DNA of 53,941 nucleotides from Candidatus Fraserbacteria bacterium (GCA_037446135.1 JBBIJD010000002.1:1-53941), one strand, 5' to 3'; counted from the first letter of the stretch, positions 7,115 to 16,820 are shown. Translations and numbers: made by a program. Notes: a model not told the origin generated them from the sequence alone.

Positions 7115-9913
7115 ATGCGTAAAATCCTGGTATTGCTCCTGGTGACAGCTCTCTTCTCCCTGTCCCAGGCGGCTTGGGGAGGGAGACCGGTCCTGACCCT
7201 ACCGGAGGTGATCGCGGGCCTGGAGAGCCATGCGGAGGTGCTCACTGATCCGTTCGGGATCCCTCACATCTATGCCCAAAGCGTCCATGACCTCTATTTT
7301 GTCACCGGCTATCTCCATGCTCGGGATCGGCTCTTCCAAATGGATGTGACGCGGCGGCAAGCGAGTGGGACCCTAGCGGAACTCTTGGGCCAAGAGGCCC
7401 TAAAGAGCGATGCCATCTTGAGGACACTGGGCCTACGCCGGGCGGCGGAGCTCTCCCTGGCCGCCCTCTCACCTGAGGCGCTCGCTGAGCTCCAGGCCTA
7501 TGCTGATGGGGTCAACTATTACATCACGGAGGCAACCTCGGAGGGGAAGCTCCCACCGGAGTATGCGGCCCTGGAGATCTCCCAGGTCGAGCCCTGGACG
7601 CCCCTCGATAGCCTGGTGATCGGGAAGGCCATCTGCTTCCAGTTATCCTTCGACCTCGATGTCGAGAATACCCTGATCTTCCTCGCCTATAAGGATGCCT
7701 TCGGCGGATTGGTCGCGAATGCCCTCTTCCATGAGGACCTCTTCCGGAGCGCCCCTGCCGATCCGGCGGCCGCGGTCCCTGATGCCCAGGGCGTAGCGGG
7801 AAAGCTCGCCCTCTCCGGGCCGGGCTATCAAGCAAGCGAAGAGGAGCTGGCGAACTCCCTAGCCTTCCTCGACCCCCGAAGTCTGGCCCTCGCCGCGGAC
7901 TACTACGACCGGGTCAAGGGGCTGGCCTTCTTCAAGCCAGTCCTGAATAAGAGGTATGGGAGCAACTGGTTCATCATCGCCGGGAGGAATACAACTAGTG
8001 GCTATCCCCTCCTGGCTAACGATCCCCACCTGGACTTGACTACCCCTCCCGTCTGGTATGAGATCCACCAAATTGTGGAAGGGGAGCTTAATGTCATCGG
8101 GGTCGGCTTCCCCGGGATCCCGCAGGTCATCCTAGGCCATAATGAGCGGATCGTCTGGGGAGCCACCTCAAACCCCATGGATGTGACCGACACCTTCCAG
8201 GAGAAAATCATCCAGCAGGATGGCCGGCTCTACACCTACTTCCGCGGCCAGCTCGAGCCGATCCAGATGATCCCTGAGACCTTCAAGGTGAACCTCCTCG
8301 GGGACGGCCAGCTCGATAATATCGTCCCCGTCCCCCCGGCCGCAGGAGTCCCTCAGGCGACCCTGATCGTCCCTCGCCATGGGCCGATCATCAACTTGGA
8401 CTTGGCGAGCGAGACGGCCCTCGCAGTCCAATACACCGGGTTCTATGCCACGAGGGAGCTCGAGACCTTCCGGATCTGGAACCGGGCGAGGAACCTCGAT
8501 GAGTTCAAGGAGGGGTTGAAATACTTCGACTTCGGCTCCCAGAACTGGGCCTACGCCGATGTCGAGGGGAACATCGCCTACTTCACCAGCGGCGAGCTCC
8601 CCCTGAGGGAGGACCTGGAGCAGGGCTTGATCGACGGGGCGATCCCGCCTTGGTTCATTCGGGATGGGACCGGGACCTATCGCCACCAGTGGCTCCCGGA
8701 GCCCGATCTCCCGGCGGATCAGGCCACCCCCTACAAAGTTCTCCCATTCGAGGAGATGCCCCAGATCATCAATCCTCCAGCGGGCTTTATCGTCAATGCC
8801 AACAACGACCCGATCGGAAATACGCTGGACAATAACCCTCTTAACCAGCTCCGTCCGGGTGGCGGGATCTTCTACCTGAACTATACTTATGATATGGGCT
8901 TCCGCGCGGGGAGGATCACCGAGCTGGTCCGCGGAGCTCTGGAGAGGAAGATCTCGCTCGAGGACTTGGAGCGATTCCAAGGGGATGTGCTCCAGCTCGA
9001 GGGACGGCGGCTCACTCCTTATATCCTCCAGGCCTATGAGGCAGCTCAGCGGCCTGACGCACCTCAGAGCTTGGCCCGGTTCGCTTTTGACCCGAAGATC
9101 AAAGAGGCCATCGACTCCTTGCAAGGCTGGAGCTACAATACCCCCACCGGGATCGCAGAGGGCTTCGACTATGAAGATGCTCCCGGGGCGCTCGCCCAGC
9201 CTACGGAAGCAGAGATCCACGATAGCGTGGCCACAACGATCTTCAACCTCTGGCTGAGCCGGTTCGTCCGGAAGACGATCGATGCAGCTCTGGACTCGAT
9301 CTCGCCCGAGCTACTCAAGCCCTCGACCCAGTTCGCTGTAAAGGCCCTTCTCAACCTCTTAGATGGCTTCGCTTCAGGACAGGGGTTCGGCAAGAGCGGC
9401 CTATCTCTCTTCCTGACCTCTGAGGTGGGGTTCACCCCTGAGCAGAGCCGGGACTTCTTGATCCTTGAGAGCTTGGGAGAGGCCCTAGACCTACTGGCCG
9501 GTGAGCCCTTCGCGGCGACATTCAACCACTCCACAAATTTGAAGGACTATCGCTGGGGGAAACTCCATCGCGCGGCCTTCCCTCATATCTTGCCACCGTT
9601 CACTGCCCCGCCGGTCCCGACAGATGGCTCGCGTGAGACCGTCGATGTCGCCGGGTTCGATGTCCGGGCCGATGAGCCCAATGAGTTCATCTTCAGCCAC
9701 GGCCCATCCCGGAGGTATGTGGCAGAGGTGAGATCCGATGGGATCCGAGCTTTCAATGTGATCCCCGGCGGGGAGAGCGGTCTCCCCGGGATGAAGCACT
9801 TTGGGGATCAACTCCCGCTCTGGCTGGCGAACGACTACCACCCCCTGCTCTTCACCGATCACGAGATTAGAGGCAATGCCGAAGCTTATCAAGATTTTTA
9901 CCCATTGAGGTGA
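7115..9913 (+). CDS. Penicillin acylase / acyl-homoserine-lactone acylase family Ntn hydrolase (secreted)
   Basis: ORF 7037..9913. The likely start is ATG 7115 (MRKILVLLLVTALFSLSQAAWG signal peptide, SD upstream). Family pattern DPFGIPHIYA, YLHARDRLFQMD. Putative autoprocessing nucleophile in GSNWFIIAG (Ser codon 7961-7963). Confidence 0.85.
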   Translation: MRKILVLLLVTALFSLSQAAWGGRPVLTLPEVIAGLESHAEVLTDPFGIPHIYAQSVHDLYFVTGYLHARDRLFQMDVTRRQASGTLAELLGQEALKSDAILRTLGLRRAAELSLAALSPEALAELQAYADGVNYYITEATSEGKLPPEYAALEISQVEPWTPLDSLVIGKAICFQLSFDLDVENTLIFLAYKDAFGGLVANALFHEDLFRSAPADPAAAVPDAQGVAGKLALSGPGYQASEEELANSLAFLDPRSLALAADYYDRVKGLAFFKPVLNKRYGSNWFIIAGRNTTSGYPLLANDPHLDLTTPPVWYEIHQIVEGELNVIGVGFPGIPQVILGHNERIVWGATSNPMDVTDTFQEKIIQQDGRLYTYFRGQLEPIQMIPETFKVNLLGDGQLDNIVPVPPAAGVPQATLIVPRHGPIINLDLASETALAVQYTGFYATRELETFRIWNRARNLDEFKEGLKYFDFGSQNWAYADVEGNIAYFTSGELPLREDLEQGLIDGAIPPWFIRDGTGTYRHQWLPEPDLPADQATPYKVLPFEEMPQIINPPAGFIVNANNDPIGNTLDNNPLNQLRPGGGIFYLNYTYDMGFRAGRITELVRGALERKISLEDLERFQGDVLQLEGRRLTPYILQAYEAAQRPDAPQSLARFAFDPKIKEAIDSLQGWSYNTPTGIAEGFDYEDAPGALAQPTEAEIHDSVATTIFNLWLSRFVRKTIDAALDSISPELLKPSTQFAVKALLNLLDGFASGQGFGKSGLSLFLTSEVGFTPEQSRDFLILESLGEALDLLAGEPFAATFNHSTNLKDYRWGKLHRAAFPHILPPFTAPPVPTDGSRETVDVAGFDVRADEPNEFIFSHGPSRRYVAEVRSDGIRAFNVIPGGESGLPGMKHFGDQLPLWLANDYHPLLFTDHEIRGNAEAYQDFYPLR

Positions 9914-9926
9914 CTACTTCAAGCTC

Positions 9927-9967
9927 GAGCCCAGGGAGGGGACGGGGCTCATCCCCTCCCTGGGCTC
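9927..9967. terminator. Hairpin between the convergent acylase and hypB genes (bidirectional terminator candidate)
   Basis: GAGCCCAGGGAGGGGA (9927-9942), 9-nt loop, TCCCCTCCCTGGGCTC (9952-9967): a perfect 16-bp stem. The T-tract is weak. Confidence 0.6.
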
Positions 9968-9979
9968 AACTTCTCCCCG

Positions 9980-10621
9980 TTATCCGAGCCCAAGGGCGGC
10001 ACTGACCTCGGGGATCCCCAGGCCATGCTTGGCGTCAGTCAAGATGATCGTCCCATGAGGGTTGAGCCGCTTGTAATCGGCCACGATCCTCTGGGGCTCG
10101 ACCTCGACTAGGGCCGCGAGGTCGATCTTGTTCAAGATCACTAGGTCGGTCTGGGCGAAGATCTTGGGGTGCTTCCGGACCATGTCATCTCCCTCAGTCA
10201 CGGAGATGACGACGATATCCCGCTCTGTCCCCAGGGGGAAGTCGGCAGGGCAGACGAGGTTCCCGACATTCTCGATGAACAGGACATCGATCTCCTCCAA
10301 GGGGAGGTCTTCTAGGGCGTGCTCGACAAGGTGGGCGTCGAGATGGCATTCAGTCTCGGTGTTGAGGTTGACCGCGGGGATGCCGAGCTTGATGAACCTC
10401 TCATAATCATCGGACCCGGCGACATCCCCGGCGATCGCCCCGAACCGGAGCTTGTCCTTCAAGCGCTCGACGATCCTCTCAATGAGGAGGGTCTTCCCCG
10501 AGCCGATTGCCCCCATGACATTGAAGGCTCTAACCCCAAACTGCGCTAACTTAGCCCGGACCTCCGCCGCGAGCCGCTCCTGCGCGGCCAGGACATCGCC
10601 GGTCAACTCGATCTCATGCAT
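9980..10621 (-). CDS. hypB: Nickel-insertion GTPase HypB (HypB/UreG family)
   Basis: ORF 9980..10702. The conserved body starts at MHEIEL (ATG 10619-10621). P-loop GAIGSGKT, metal-binding ECHLDAH, and ENVGNLVCP and LNKIDL motifs. Confidence 0.8.
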   Translation of the reverse strand: MHEIELTGDVLAAQERLAAEVRAKLAQFGVRAFNVMGAIGSGKTLLIERIVERLKDKLRFGAIAGDVAGSDDYERFIKLGIPAVNLNTETECHLDAHLVEHALEDLPLEEIDVLFIENVGNLVCPADFPLGTERDIVVISVTEGDDMVRKHPKIFAQTDLVILNKIDLAALVEVEPQRIVADYKRLNPHGTIILTDAKHGLGIPEVSAALGLG

Positions 10622-10715
10622 CGCCTTTCCCCGATTTGAGTTTAGCTGAGAGGTCGGGCTGCCCCTATGATCCGAATCAGTTCCCAAAGAGATCTGGGTC
10701 AAGCCAGGAGGCCAC

Positions 10716-10743
10716 TTGCCGGGGTGGGGGCCCGTGTTATAAA
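10716..10743 (+). promoter_or_regulatory. Candidate promoter for ilvE
   Basis: TTGCCG (10716-10721), 16 nt, TATAAA (10738-10743). GAGGAGG SD at 10795-10801. Confidence 0.3.
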
Positions 10744-10806
10744 ATTGAGTCTCAGCGTGGCTCGCGCGGCGGGAGCAATCTAGACTGAACCGATGAGGAG
10801 GTCAAA

Positions 10807-11763
10807 GTGAGGGCGTCCAGAGCCAACCGCTACGCCTTCTTTAAGGGGCAGATCGTGCCTATCTCTGAGGCCAAGGTCAGCATCATGACCTCGACCTTCA
10901 ACTATGGGACCGGGGTCTTCGAGGGGATCCGCGCCTACTGGAATGGAGAGGAGGAACAGCTCTACATCTTCCGGCTCCGGGAGCACTTCCAGAGATTCCT
11001 TCGGAACTGCCGGCTCCTGCTGATCGATTTGCCCTATACTATGGATCAGCTCTGCGAGATCACCGTCGAGCTCCTCCGGCGCGAGGGCTTCCAAGAGGAC
11101 GCCTATATCCGCCCGCTGGCTTACAAGTCGAGCGAGGTGATCGGGGTCCGTCTCCACGACCTGGAGAGCGACTGTGCCATCTTCGCCGTCCCCTTCGGGG
11201 AGTATATCGATCGGCCTGAAGGGGCGAGGGTGATGGTCTCCTCTTGGCGCAGGCTGAGCGATAACACTATCCCCCCGAGGAATAAGATCATCGGGGCCTA
11301 TGTCAACTCCGCTCTGGCGAAGACCGAGGCCCACCTCAACGGATTCGACGATGCCCTGATGCTCACGGAGGATGGCCACCTCTCCGAAGGGAGCGCGGCG
11401 AACCTCTTCCTCGTTCGCGATGGGCGCCTGCTCACCCCGCCCGTCACCGCCGATATCCTGGAAGGGATCACACGGGCTACGGTCATCGAGCTGGCGCGGG
11501 ACCTGGGGCTCGAGACCCTAGAGCGGGAGCTCGACCGTTCGGAGCTCTATATCGCCGAAGAGGCCTTCCTCTGCGGGACCGCCGTGGGGCTGGTCCCGCT
11601 GATCGAGGTCGATCATCGCCCGATCGGAGAGGGCAAGATCGGGCCGATCTCCAAGGAGCTCCAGCACCTCTATCAAGCGGCCGTCCGTGGCCGGGAGCCG
11701 CGCTACCGCCGCTGGTGCACCCCCGTCTACCACGCGAGGGTGCTCGCCGGTGCGGATCGCTAG
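10807..11763 (+). CDS. ilvE: Branched-chain amino acid aminotransferase (class IV)
   Basis: ORF 10807..11763 (GTG start, SD upstream). IlvE pattern FNYGTGVFEGIRAYWN, IRPLAY, EGSAANLFLV, ILEGITR. Confidence 0.9.
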   Translation: MRASRANRYAFFKGQIVPISEAKVSIMTSTFNYGTGVFEGIRAYWNGEEEQLYIFRLREHFQRFLRNCRLLLIDLPYTMDQLCEITVELLRREGFQEDAYIRPLAYKSSEVIGVRLHDLESDCAIFAVPFGEYIDRPEGARVMVSSWRRLSDNTIPPRNKIIGAYVNSALAKTEAHLNGFDDALMLTEDGHLSEGSAANLFLVRDGRLLTPPVTADILEGITRATVIELARDLGLETLERELDRSELYIAEEAFLCGTAVGLVPLIEVDHRPIGEGKIGPISKELQHLYQAAVRGREPRYRRWCTPVYHARVLAGADR

Positions 11764-11792
11764 GAGGTGGCGCTGGATTTCAGCCCCGACCT

Positions 11793-12193
11793 TCAAGGGG
11801 GGCTGCTCAGCGAGGCTGATTCGCCGGTTCCGCCCGAGGGCTTCTCCCTCATCTGGCTCAGACGGGCCAGGCCCTGGGCGTAGCGTTCATCCCCGTTCGC
11901 CCTATCGGTGAGCCGCCCGCAGGGGAAGGCACCACATTGAATTGAGAGCAGGGCTCGAGCCCTTTCTCATCAACGCAGCACTTCAGGATCGCGCAGTCCG
12001 CTGACCAATGGACCTGCCGATCGCCCCGACAACCTTTGCACAGCGGTGATCCCTTAGCTACTTCTGCGGATCCCTTCCAGCTCCGCCGCTCGAACCAAGC
12101 GGCGACACTCCGGGCAGCCTGCGGGTCGAATGGGACCCTGAAGATCTCGCACTCACTACAATCCAGCCCACACACGGCGACCAGCGCTGCCAA
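11793..12193 (-). pseudogene. DUF3795-family Cys-rich protein, frameshifted by a 5-bp tandem duplication
   Basis: ORF 11858..12193 starts MAALVAVCGLDCSEC (DUF3795-like) but loses the conserved C-terminal CxxC..FPC. Removing one copy of ATTGA/ATTGA (11936-11940 and 11941-11945) restores ...EPCSQCGAFPCGRLTDRANGDERYAQGLARLSQMRE..., ending at the TGA at 11793-11795. Confidence 0.65.
11936..11945. repeat. 5-bp tandem direct duplication (ATTGA ATTGA) causing the DUF3795 frameshift
   Basis: Read directly from the sequence: cac-attga-attga-gagc. Confidence 0.9.
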
Positions 12194-12225
12194 GATCTAT
12201 CCCTCCTCCTTATTGATCCCCTCAA

Positions 12226-12558
12226 ACTTCGCTCGAGCCCCTCCAATACCGCTGGAAGCTCTGCCATCGCTCGGATTTCAGCCTCATGCACCAGCTGGGA
12301 GAGAGGGCAAGGGGCGGCTGTCGGATTGAACCAGATCGCCCGCAGCCCGGCCCGCTTGGCTCCGACGATGTCAGCATGATAGTCATCGCCGACCATCGCT
12401 GCTTGGGTCGGCATACATCCGAGCTCGCGGAGGATCGCTTGGAAGAAGGCCAGGGCAGGCTTCCGCGCGCCGATGCAGGGCCAATCCAGTCGATGAAGCC
12501 CCTGCGAAAGAAGACCAAGCTCCAGCCGAAAGCCCTCTGACCACGCTAGGGCTATCCT
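12226..12558 (-). pseudogene. HAD-superfamily hydrolase remnant (C-terminal third only)
   Basis: The minus-strand frame reads ...GARKPALAFFQAILRELGCMPTQAAMVGDDYHADIVGAKRAGLRAIWFNP, which covers HAD motif III (K) and motif IV (GDD). An in-frame stop lies at 12559-12561. The region where the DxDxT N-terminal half should be is occupied by gene 12552..13034. Confidence 0.55.
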
Positions 12559-13034
12559 TCACCCCCGCTGGTCTGGTGCGCGTTCGGCTCGGGGTAACGG
12601 ATGTCAGTATAGGCAAAGCCCCGGGCGGCACGGGCCTCCTGTTCGGTGACCCATTGCTCGAGTCCGACCCGCTGCATCCGCTCGTTGTCCGCCATGCAAG
12701 TGGGATAGCGGTGAAGCATGTCGAATCGTGCGCAGGGGAACTCCCTGCAGGCACTGCAGACTGTGACCTCGCGCTCTAGGGCGCAGGCGCGGATCGGGCA
12801 GGCCGGATAGCCTCCTCCGCCACGACAGCTGCTACATGGCCGCTCGGCGAGCAGATTCAACCCTTCCCAGAACGCAGGGAAGACCCTCTCCAAGGCGGGG
12901 ATGTCGAAGTAACCACGATCATATCCCTCCGCTGCCAACACCTCCCGCAGACGGGCGGCCTGCTGGGGGATCCGCCGCCGGCTGGCGCAGAGCCCGCAAT
13001 ATAGGCCGCAGTAGGCAACCTCGGTTAGATCCAC
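12552..13034 (-). CDS. DUF3795-family Cys-rich (putative metal/Fe-S binding) protein
   Basis: ORF 12552..13034 (GTG start, GGAGGAGGGG SD). YCGLYCGLC ... CSSCRGGGG...CPIRAC ... CSACREFPCARF. Confidence 0.75.
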   Translation of the reverse strand: MDLTEVAYCGLYCGLCASRRRIPQQAARLREVLAAEGYDRGYFDIPALERVFPAFWEGLNLLAERPCSSCRGGGGYPACPIRACALEREVTVCSACREFPCARFDMLHRYPTCMADNERMQRVGLEQWVTEQEARAARGFAYTDIRYPEPNAHQTSGGEG

Positions 13035-13108
13035 CTCACCCCTCCTCCCATTTCCTGCGATTCAGGCCCCGGTCCAAGGGGCTCCTATCTTAACCCTGAT
13101 CCCTGAGT

Positions 13109-14467
13109 TTAATCGGTTATCGCCTCCTTTTGGGCTCCGGTGAAGGTGAAGTCCTCGATGTAGACCGCGGGCATGATGGCGAAGCCCGCCGCGCCGCCGT
13201 AGGAGAAGACCTCCCTCTCTCGCGAGATGGCCCGGACATTGGAGAAGGCCCGGAGCATCGACTCGGTCCAGCGGAGGTTCTTCACAGCCTGCTTGAGCCT
13301 CCCGTTCTCGATGAGGAAGGTCCCATACCTTGTCATCCCGGTCATCATGGCCCTCTTTGGGTCGAGGAAGCCATTCAAGTAGTGGAACCGTGTGACGAGC
13401 AGCCCCTTCCCACAGGAGGCGATCATCTCCTCAACTGAGGAGTCGCCCGGCTCGAGGCAGATGTTCCACGGCATCGGGCCGTAGGGGCTGTCCGGCGGGC
13501 CGGCATGGCCGGTCGGCTTAGCTTTAGCTTGGTTGGCGCTCATCAGGTCGAAGACCACCCCGCGGTTGATCCCCCGCTCGATGAGTGTGACCCTCTGCTT
13601 GGGGAAGCCCTGGAAATCGAAGGGGAGCCCCTCGGCCTCCGGCTCATGGATGCTATCGTAGATCGTGATATTCTCCCCCATCGAGCGCTCGCCCAGCCTC
13701 CCGGCGAGGAAGCTTGTCCCCTCGATGAAGGCCTGGGCCCGGAAGGCGATCAGGCTGAGCCAATTCATCACCTCAGCCAAGCAGCCTGGCTCGAGGATCA
13801 CATCATATTGCCCCAGAGGGATCTCTTTCTGGGCCTTATTGAGAGAGCAGCGCTCGAGGGCCCTAGCCGCGAGCCTCTCGAACCCGATCTGCGTTACATC
13901 GTGGGAGAAGGCACCGGCATAGCCCATCCCCTCAGAGGAGACCGGGACGAGGGAGATCTCCGCCCCGGTCAAGGGCTGATAGGCCTCGAGGCCATTGGAG
14001 TTCAAGACCGCGATCTCCCCGGCGCTCGTCGAGAAGGCCCCGGAGACCTCGAACCCTAGCTTCTCCGCCTCCCTGAAGATCCTCTTCACCACCTCGGCCC
14101 GCTCCCGGTGGGTGAACTCCGCCGTCGCCTCGAAGTATGTTGTAGTCTCCTCATACTTCGCTGGCTCAGGGAAGCCCTCGAAATAAGGGTTCTCCGGCTG
14201 GCGCCGGGCCAGCTCGACCGCCTGCTTTGCCGCTTCCAGCAAGGGGCCCTCTTCCAAGGTATTGACCGTGACCACGCCGAGCCGCTTCCCTAAAGAGACA
14301 CGGATGTAGACCTGCATATTCTCGACCGAGACATTCTGATGGATCTCCGAGCGGGTATACCGAGTGAGGTCACTCCGCCCGCCGGTGTAGACCAGCTCAA
14401 GCTGCTCCCCCGGCAATCGCTTCAGAAGGCGCTTCAAGCTCTCCAAGATTCGCTCCCTACCGATCAT
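13109..14467 (-). CDS. pmbA: PmbA/TldE-family metalloprotease subunit (pair 1)
   Basis: ORF 13109..14617. The likely start is ATG 14465-14467 (MIGRERILESL), overlapping the tldD stop as ATGA. PmbA-like and lacks HExxxH. Confidence 0.85.
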   Translation of the reverse strand: MIGRERILESLKRLLKRLPGEQLELVYTGGRSDLTRYTRSEIHQNVSVENMQVYIRVSLGKRLGVVTVNTLEEGPLLEAAKQAVELARRQPENPYFEGFPEPAKYEETTTYFEATAEFTHRERAEVVKRIFREAEKLGFEVSGAFSTSAGEIAVLNSNGLEAYQPLTGAEISLVPVSSEGMGYAGAFSHDVTQIGFERLAARALERCSLNKAQKEIPLGQYDVILEPGCLAEVMNWLSLIAFRAQAFIEGTSFLAGRLGERSMGENITIYDSIHEPEAEGLPFDFQGFPKQRVTLIERGINRGVVFDLMSANQAKAKPTGHAGPPDSPYGPMPWNICLEPGDSSVEEMIASCGKGLLVTRFHYLNGFLDPKRAMMTGMTRYGTFLIENGRLKQAVKNLRWTESMLRAFSNVRAISREREVFSYGGAAGFAIMPAVYIEDFTFTGAQKEAITD

Positions 14468-15918
14468 CTTCTCACCCCTACCTCGACATCCCTGAACCTG
14501 GCCGGAGCTGCGCCGTGGGCCACATGCATCACCTGGGGCGGCTCGCCCTTCCCGCAGTTGGGGAGCCCCCAGAGCCTCCACTCGCTCTTCCCGCAGATCG
14601 CGTCGCAGGAGCCCCAAAACTGGGGCGTGATCCCGGTGTAGAGCGGATTCTTCAGTAACCTAACTCTCTTTCCGTGCTTGATCTCCCAGGCAAGCTCGCA
14701 GCCGAACTGGAAGTTCAGCCGCAGGTCATCGATCGACCAGGACCGGTTGGTGGAGACGAAGATCCCGTCCTCAGTGTCGGCGATGAGGTCCTCGAGCGAG
14801 AGCTCCTCCTCCCCCGGCTCGAGGTTGATGTTGACCATCCTGATCAAGGGGATATGGCTCCAGCTCGCGGCCCGCATCGCCCCGCCGCTCCTCTTCCCCA
14901 GCAGCGGGGCGGTCTCCCTCGAGGTGAGGTAGTTGACGAAGAGGCCCGCCTCGATGAGAGGATACCGCTGGGCCTTCACGCCCTCATCGTCGTAGCCGAA
15001 GGAGCCGATCGAGCTGGGGATCGTGGCGTCGGCGTAGATGTTCACGATCTCCGAGCCGTAGCGGAACTTTCCCAGCTTATCGGGGGTGAGGAAGCTCCCC
15101 CCGGCATAGCTGATCTCCATCCCCAGTGCCCGGTCCAGCTCACTGGGATGGCCGCAGGACTCGTGGATCTGGAGCCCCAATTGGGAGGAGTCGATGATCA
15201 AGTCAGTCTTCCTGGCCGGACAGGGCTCGGCCGCGAGCAGGGCCAAGGCCTCCTCCCGCGTCCGCTCGGCGTTCTCCACTAGCTTGAGGAACTCAATGAA
15301 CTCATAGCCCTTAGCGGCGAAGTTCCCCCCGAAGCTGTTGGGATAAGAGCGGCGCTGGACCTCGCCGTTCTGGATCGCCGTCGCTTGGATCCCCGCCCCA
15401 CTCTCTAGGAACTCTTGGCTGAGCTCGGCCCCCTCGCTGCTTATGAAGAGCTTCGCGGTCTTGAAGAACCGCATCGTCCCCTCGGCCATGCGGACCCGCG
15501 GGTCAAAGCGGAGGATCTTCAAGGCCGAGAAGAGTAACTCCAGCTTCTCGTCCAAGGGAACGGCGAACGGATCGACCTCGAAAGCAGTCCTGTAGGTGTC
15601 CACATACGGCGAGGAGTCGTCGAGCCGGACCGGCCTCCGCTGGGTCAGGTAGCTCGCCTTGGCGACCTCCAAGGCCCGCTTGGCCACGGCCTCGACCTCA
15701 GGCTCGGCCAGCTCCGCGGAAGCCGCGAATCCCCAGGAGCCGCGGTAGAGGACCCGGATCCCGAAGCCTCGGTCCTGATTCCGAGAGAGGGCTGCCACCT
15801 GCTCGTTCCGGACCGTGATGCTCTCGGTCACGCGGTCGAGATAGCGGGCATCGGCATACTCCGCCCCGGCCCGCCGCAAGTTCGCCAAGGCCTCCTTTAA
15901 CCAGTCCTTGATCTCCAT
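14464..15918 (-). CDS. tldD: TldD-family zinc metalloprotease (pair 1)
   Basis: ORF 14464..15993. The likely start is ATG 15916-15918 (MEIKDWLKEAL). HExxxH motif in IHESCGHPSELD and C-terminal GxC..CGKG pattern (LPNCGKGEP). Confidence 0.9.
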   Translation of the reverse strand: MEIKDWLKEALANLRRAGAEYADARYLDRVTESITVRNEQVAALSRNQDRGFGIRVLYRGSWGFAASAELAEPEVEAVAKRALEVAKASYLTQRRPVRLDDSSPYVDTYRTAFEVDPFAVPLDEKLELLFSALKILRFDPRVRMAEGTMRFFKTAKLFISSEGAELSQEFLESGAGIQATAIQNGEVQRRSYPNSFGGNFAAKGYEFIEFLKLVENAERTREEALALLAAEPCPARKTDLIIDSSQLGLQIHESCGHPSELDRALGMEISYAGGSFLTPDKLGKFRYGSEIVNIYADATIPSSIGSFGYDDEGVKAQRYPLIEAGLFVNYLTSRETAPLLGKRSGGAMRAASWSHIPLIRMVNINLEPGEEELSLEDLIADTEDGIFVSTNRSWSIDDLRLNFQFGCELAWEIKHGKRVRLLKNPLYTGITPQFWGSCDAICGKSEWRLWGLPNCGKGEPPQVMHVAHGAAPARFRDVEVGVRR

Positions 15919-15989
15919 CGCAGGGACTCCTTTCGTTTCGCTTGGGGGCCAGTCTAGCGAAACTCGCAGGGAGGAGGCAAATCGATCAG

Positions 15990-16820
15990 TCAAGCGAGTC
16001 GGAGCCCCTCGAGGAGGGCCTCAAGGTTCGGCCCGAGCATCTCCGGGACGTAGCCCCCTTCGAGGACCGCGAAGGCCGGGAGCTTGAGTCCAGCGAGCCG
16101 CCGCCCGATCTCGCGGTAGGCCGAGGTGGAGAGGCCGAGCGAGGCCAGAGGATCATCTTTATACCCATCGAGCCCGACCGAGAGGGCGAGCTGCTCCGGC
16201 TGGAAGCCCCGGCTGAGGGCTTGATGGAGCGCTTCATCCAGTGCCTCTAAGTAGATCCTGTCGCCGCAGTAAGCGGGGAGGGGGAAGTTAAGGCAATTCC
16301 CGACCGAGCTGAGCCCCGTCCCGGGATAGAGCGGCGAGCGGTGGAGCGAGACATAGACCACCTTGGGATCGCCGAGGAATATATCTTGGGTCCCGTTCCC
16401 GTGGTGGCCGTCGATGTCCAGGATCAGGGTCTTCTTCCCGGCCTTCCGGACCGCGACGGCCAGGTTATTGAAGTAGCAGAAGCCGCCGAGGAAGTCCCGC
16501 CCGGCATGATGGCCCGGCGGGCGCATCAGGGAGAGGCCCCCGACCTGGGAGGCGAGGATCGCCCCGCCGATGGCGAGCCGGGCATAGTCGTAGATCCCTG
16601 GATAGGCCGGGGAATCGTAGTCGAAGAATGCCAGCTCTTTCACGCTCTTGATCAGCCGGGGAGTGTGGACGAGCAGGAGGTCCGCCTCGCTCGCCGGCTC
16701 CGGCTCGAGGAACTCATATCTCTCTCGAAGGTATTCCGCGGCCCGGCGGACCCGCTCCGGGCTCTCCGGATGGCCTGGCTCTACGAACTCCAGGCACCTC
16801 TCGCTATAGATGATCTTCAT
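15990..16820 (-). CDS. Histone deacetylase-family (arginase/deacetylase fold) amidohydrolase, short form
   Basis: ORF 15990..16820. RPPGHHA, FCYFNN, DIDGHHGNGTQ and LEGGY motifs. Confidence 0.85.
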   Translation of the reverse strand: MKIIYSERCLEFVEPGHPESPERVRRAAEYLRERYEFLEPEPASEADLLLVHTPRLIKSVKELAFFDYDSPAYPGIYDYARLAIGGAILASQVGGLSLMRPPGHHAGRDFLGGFCYFNNLAVAVRKAGKKTLILDIDGHHGNGTQDIFLGDPKVVYVSLHRSPLYPGTGLSSVGNCLNFPLPAYCGDRIYLEALDEALHQALSRGFQPEQLALSVGLDGYKDDPLASLGLSTSAYREIGRRLAGLKLPAFAVLEGGYVPEMLGPNLEALLEGLRLA

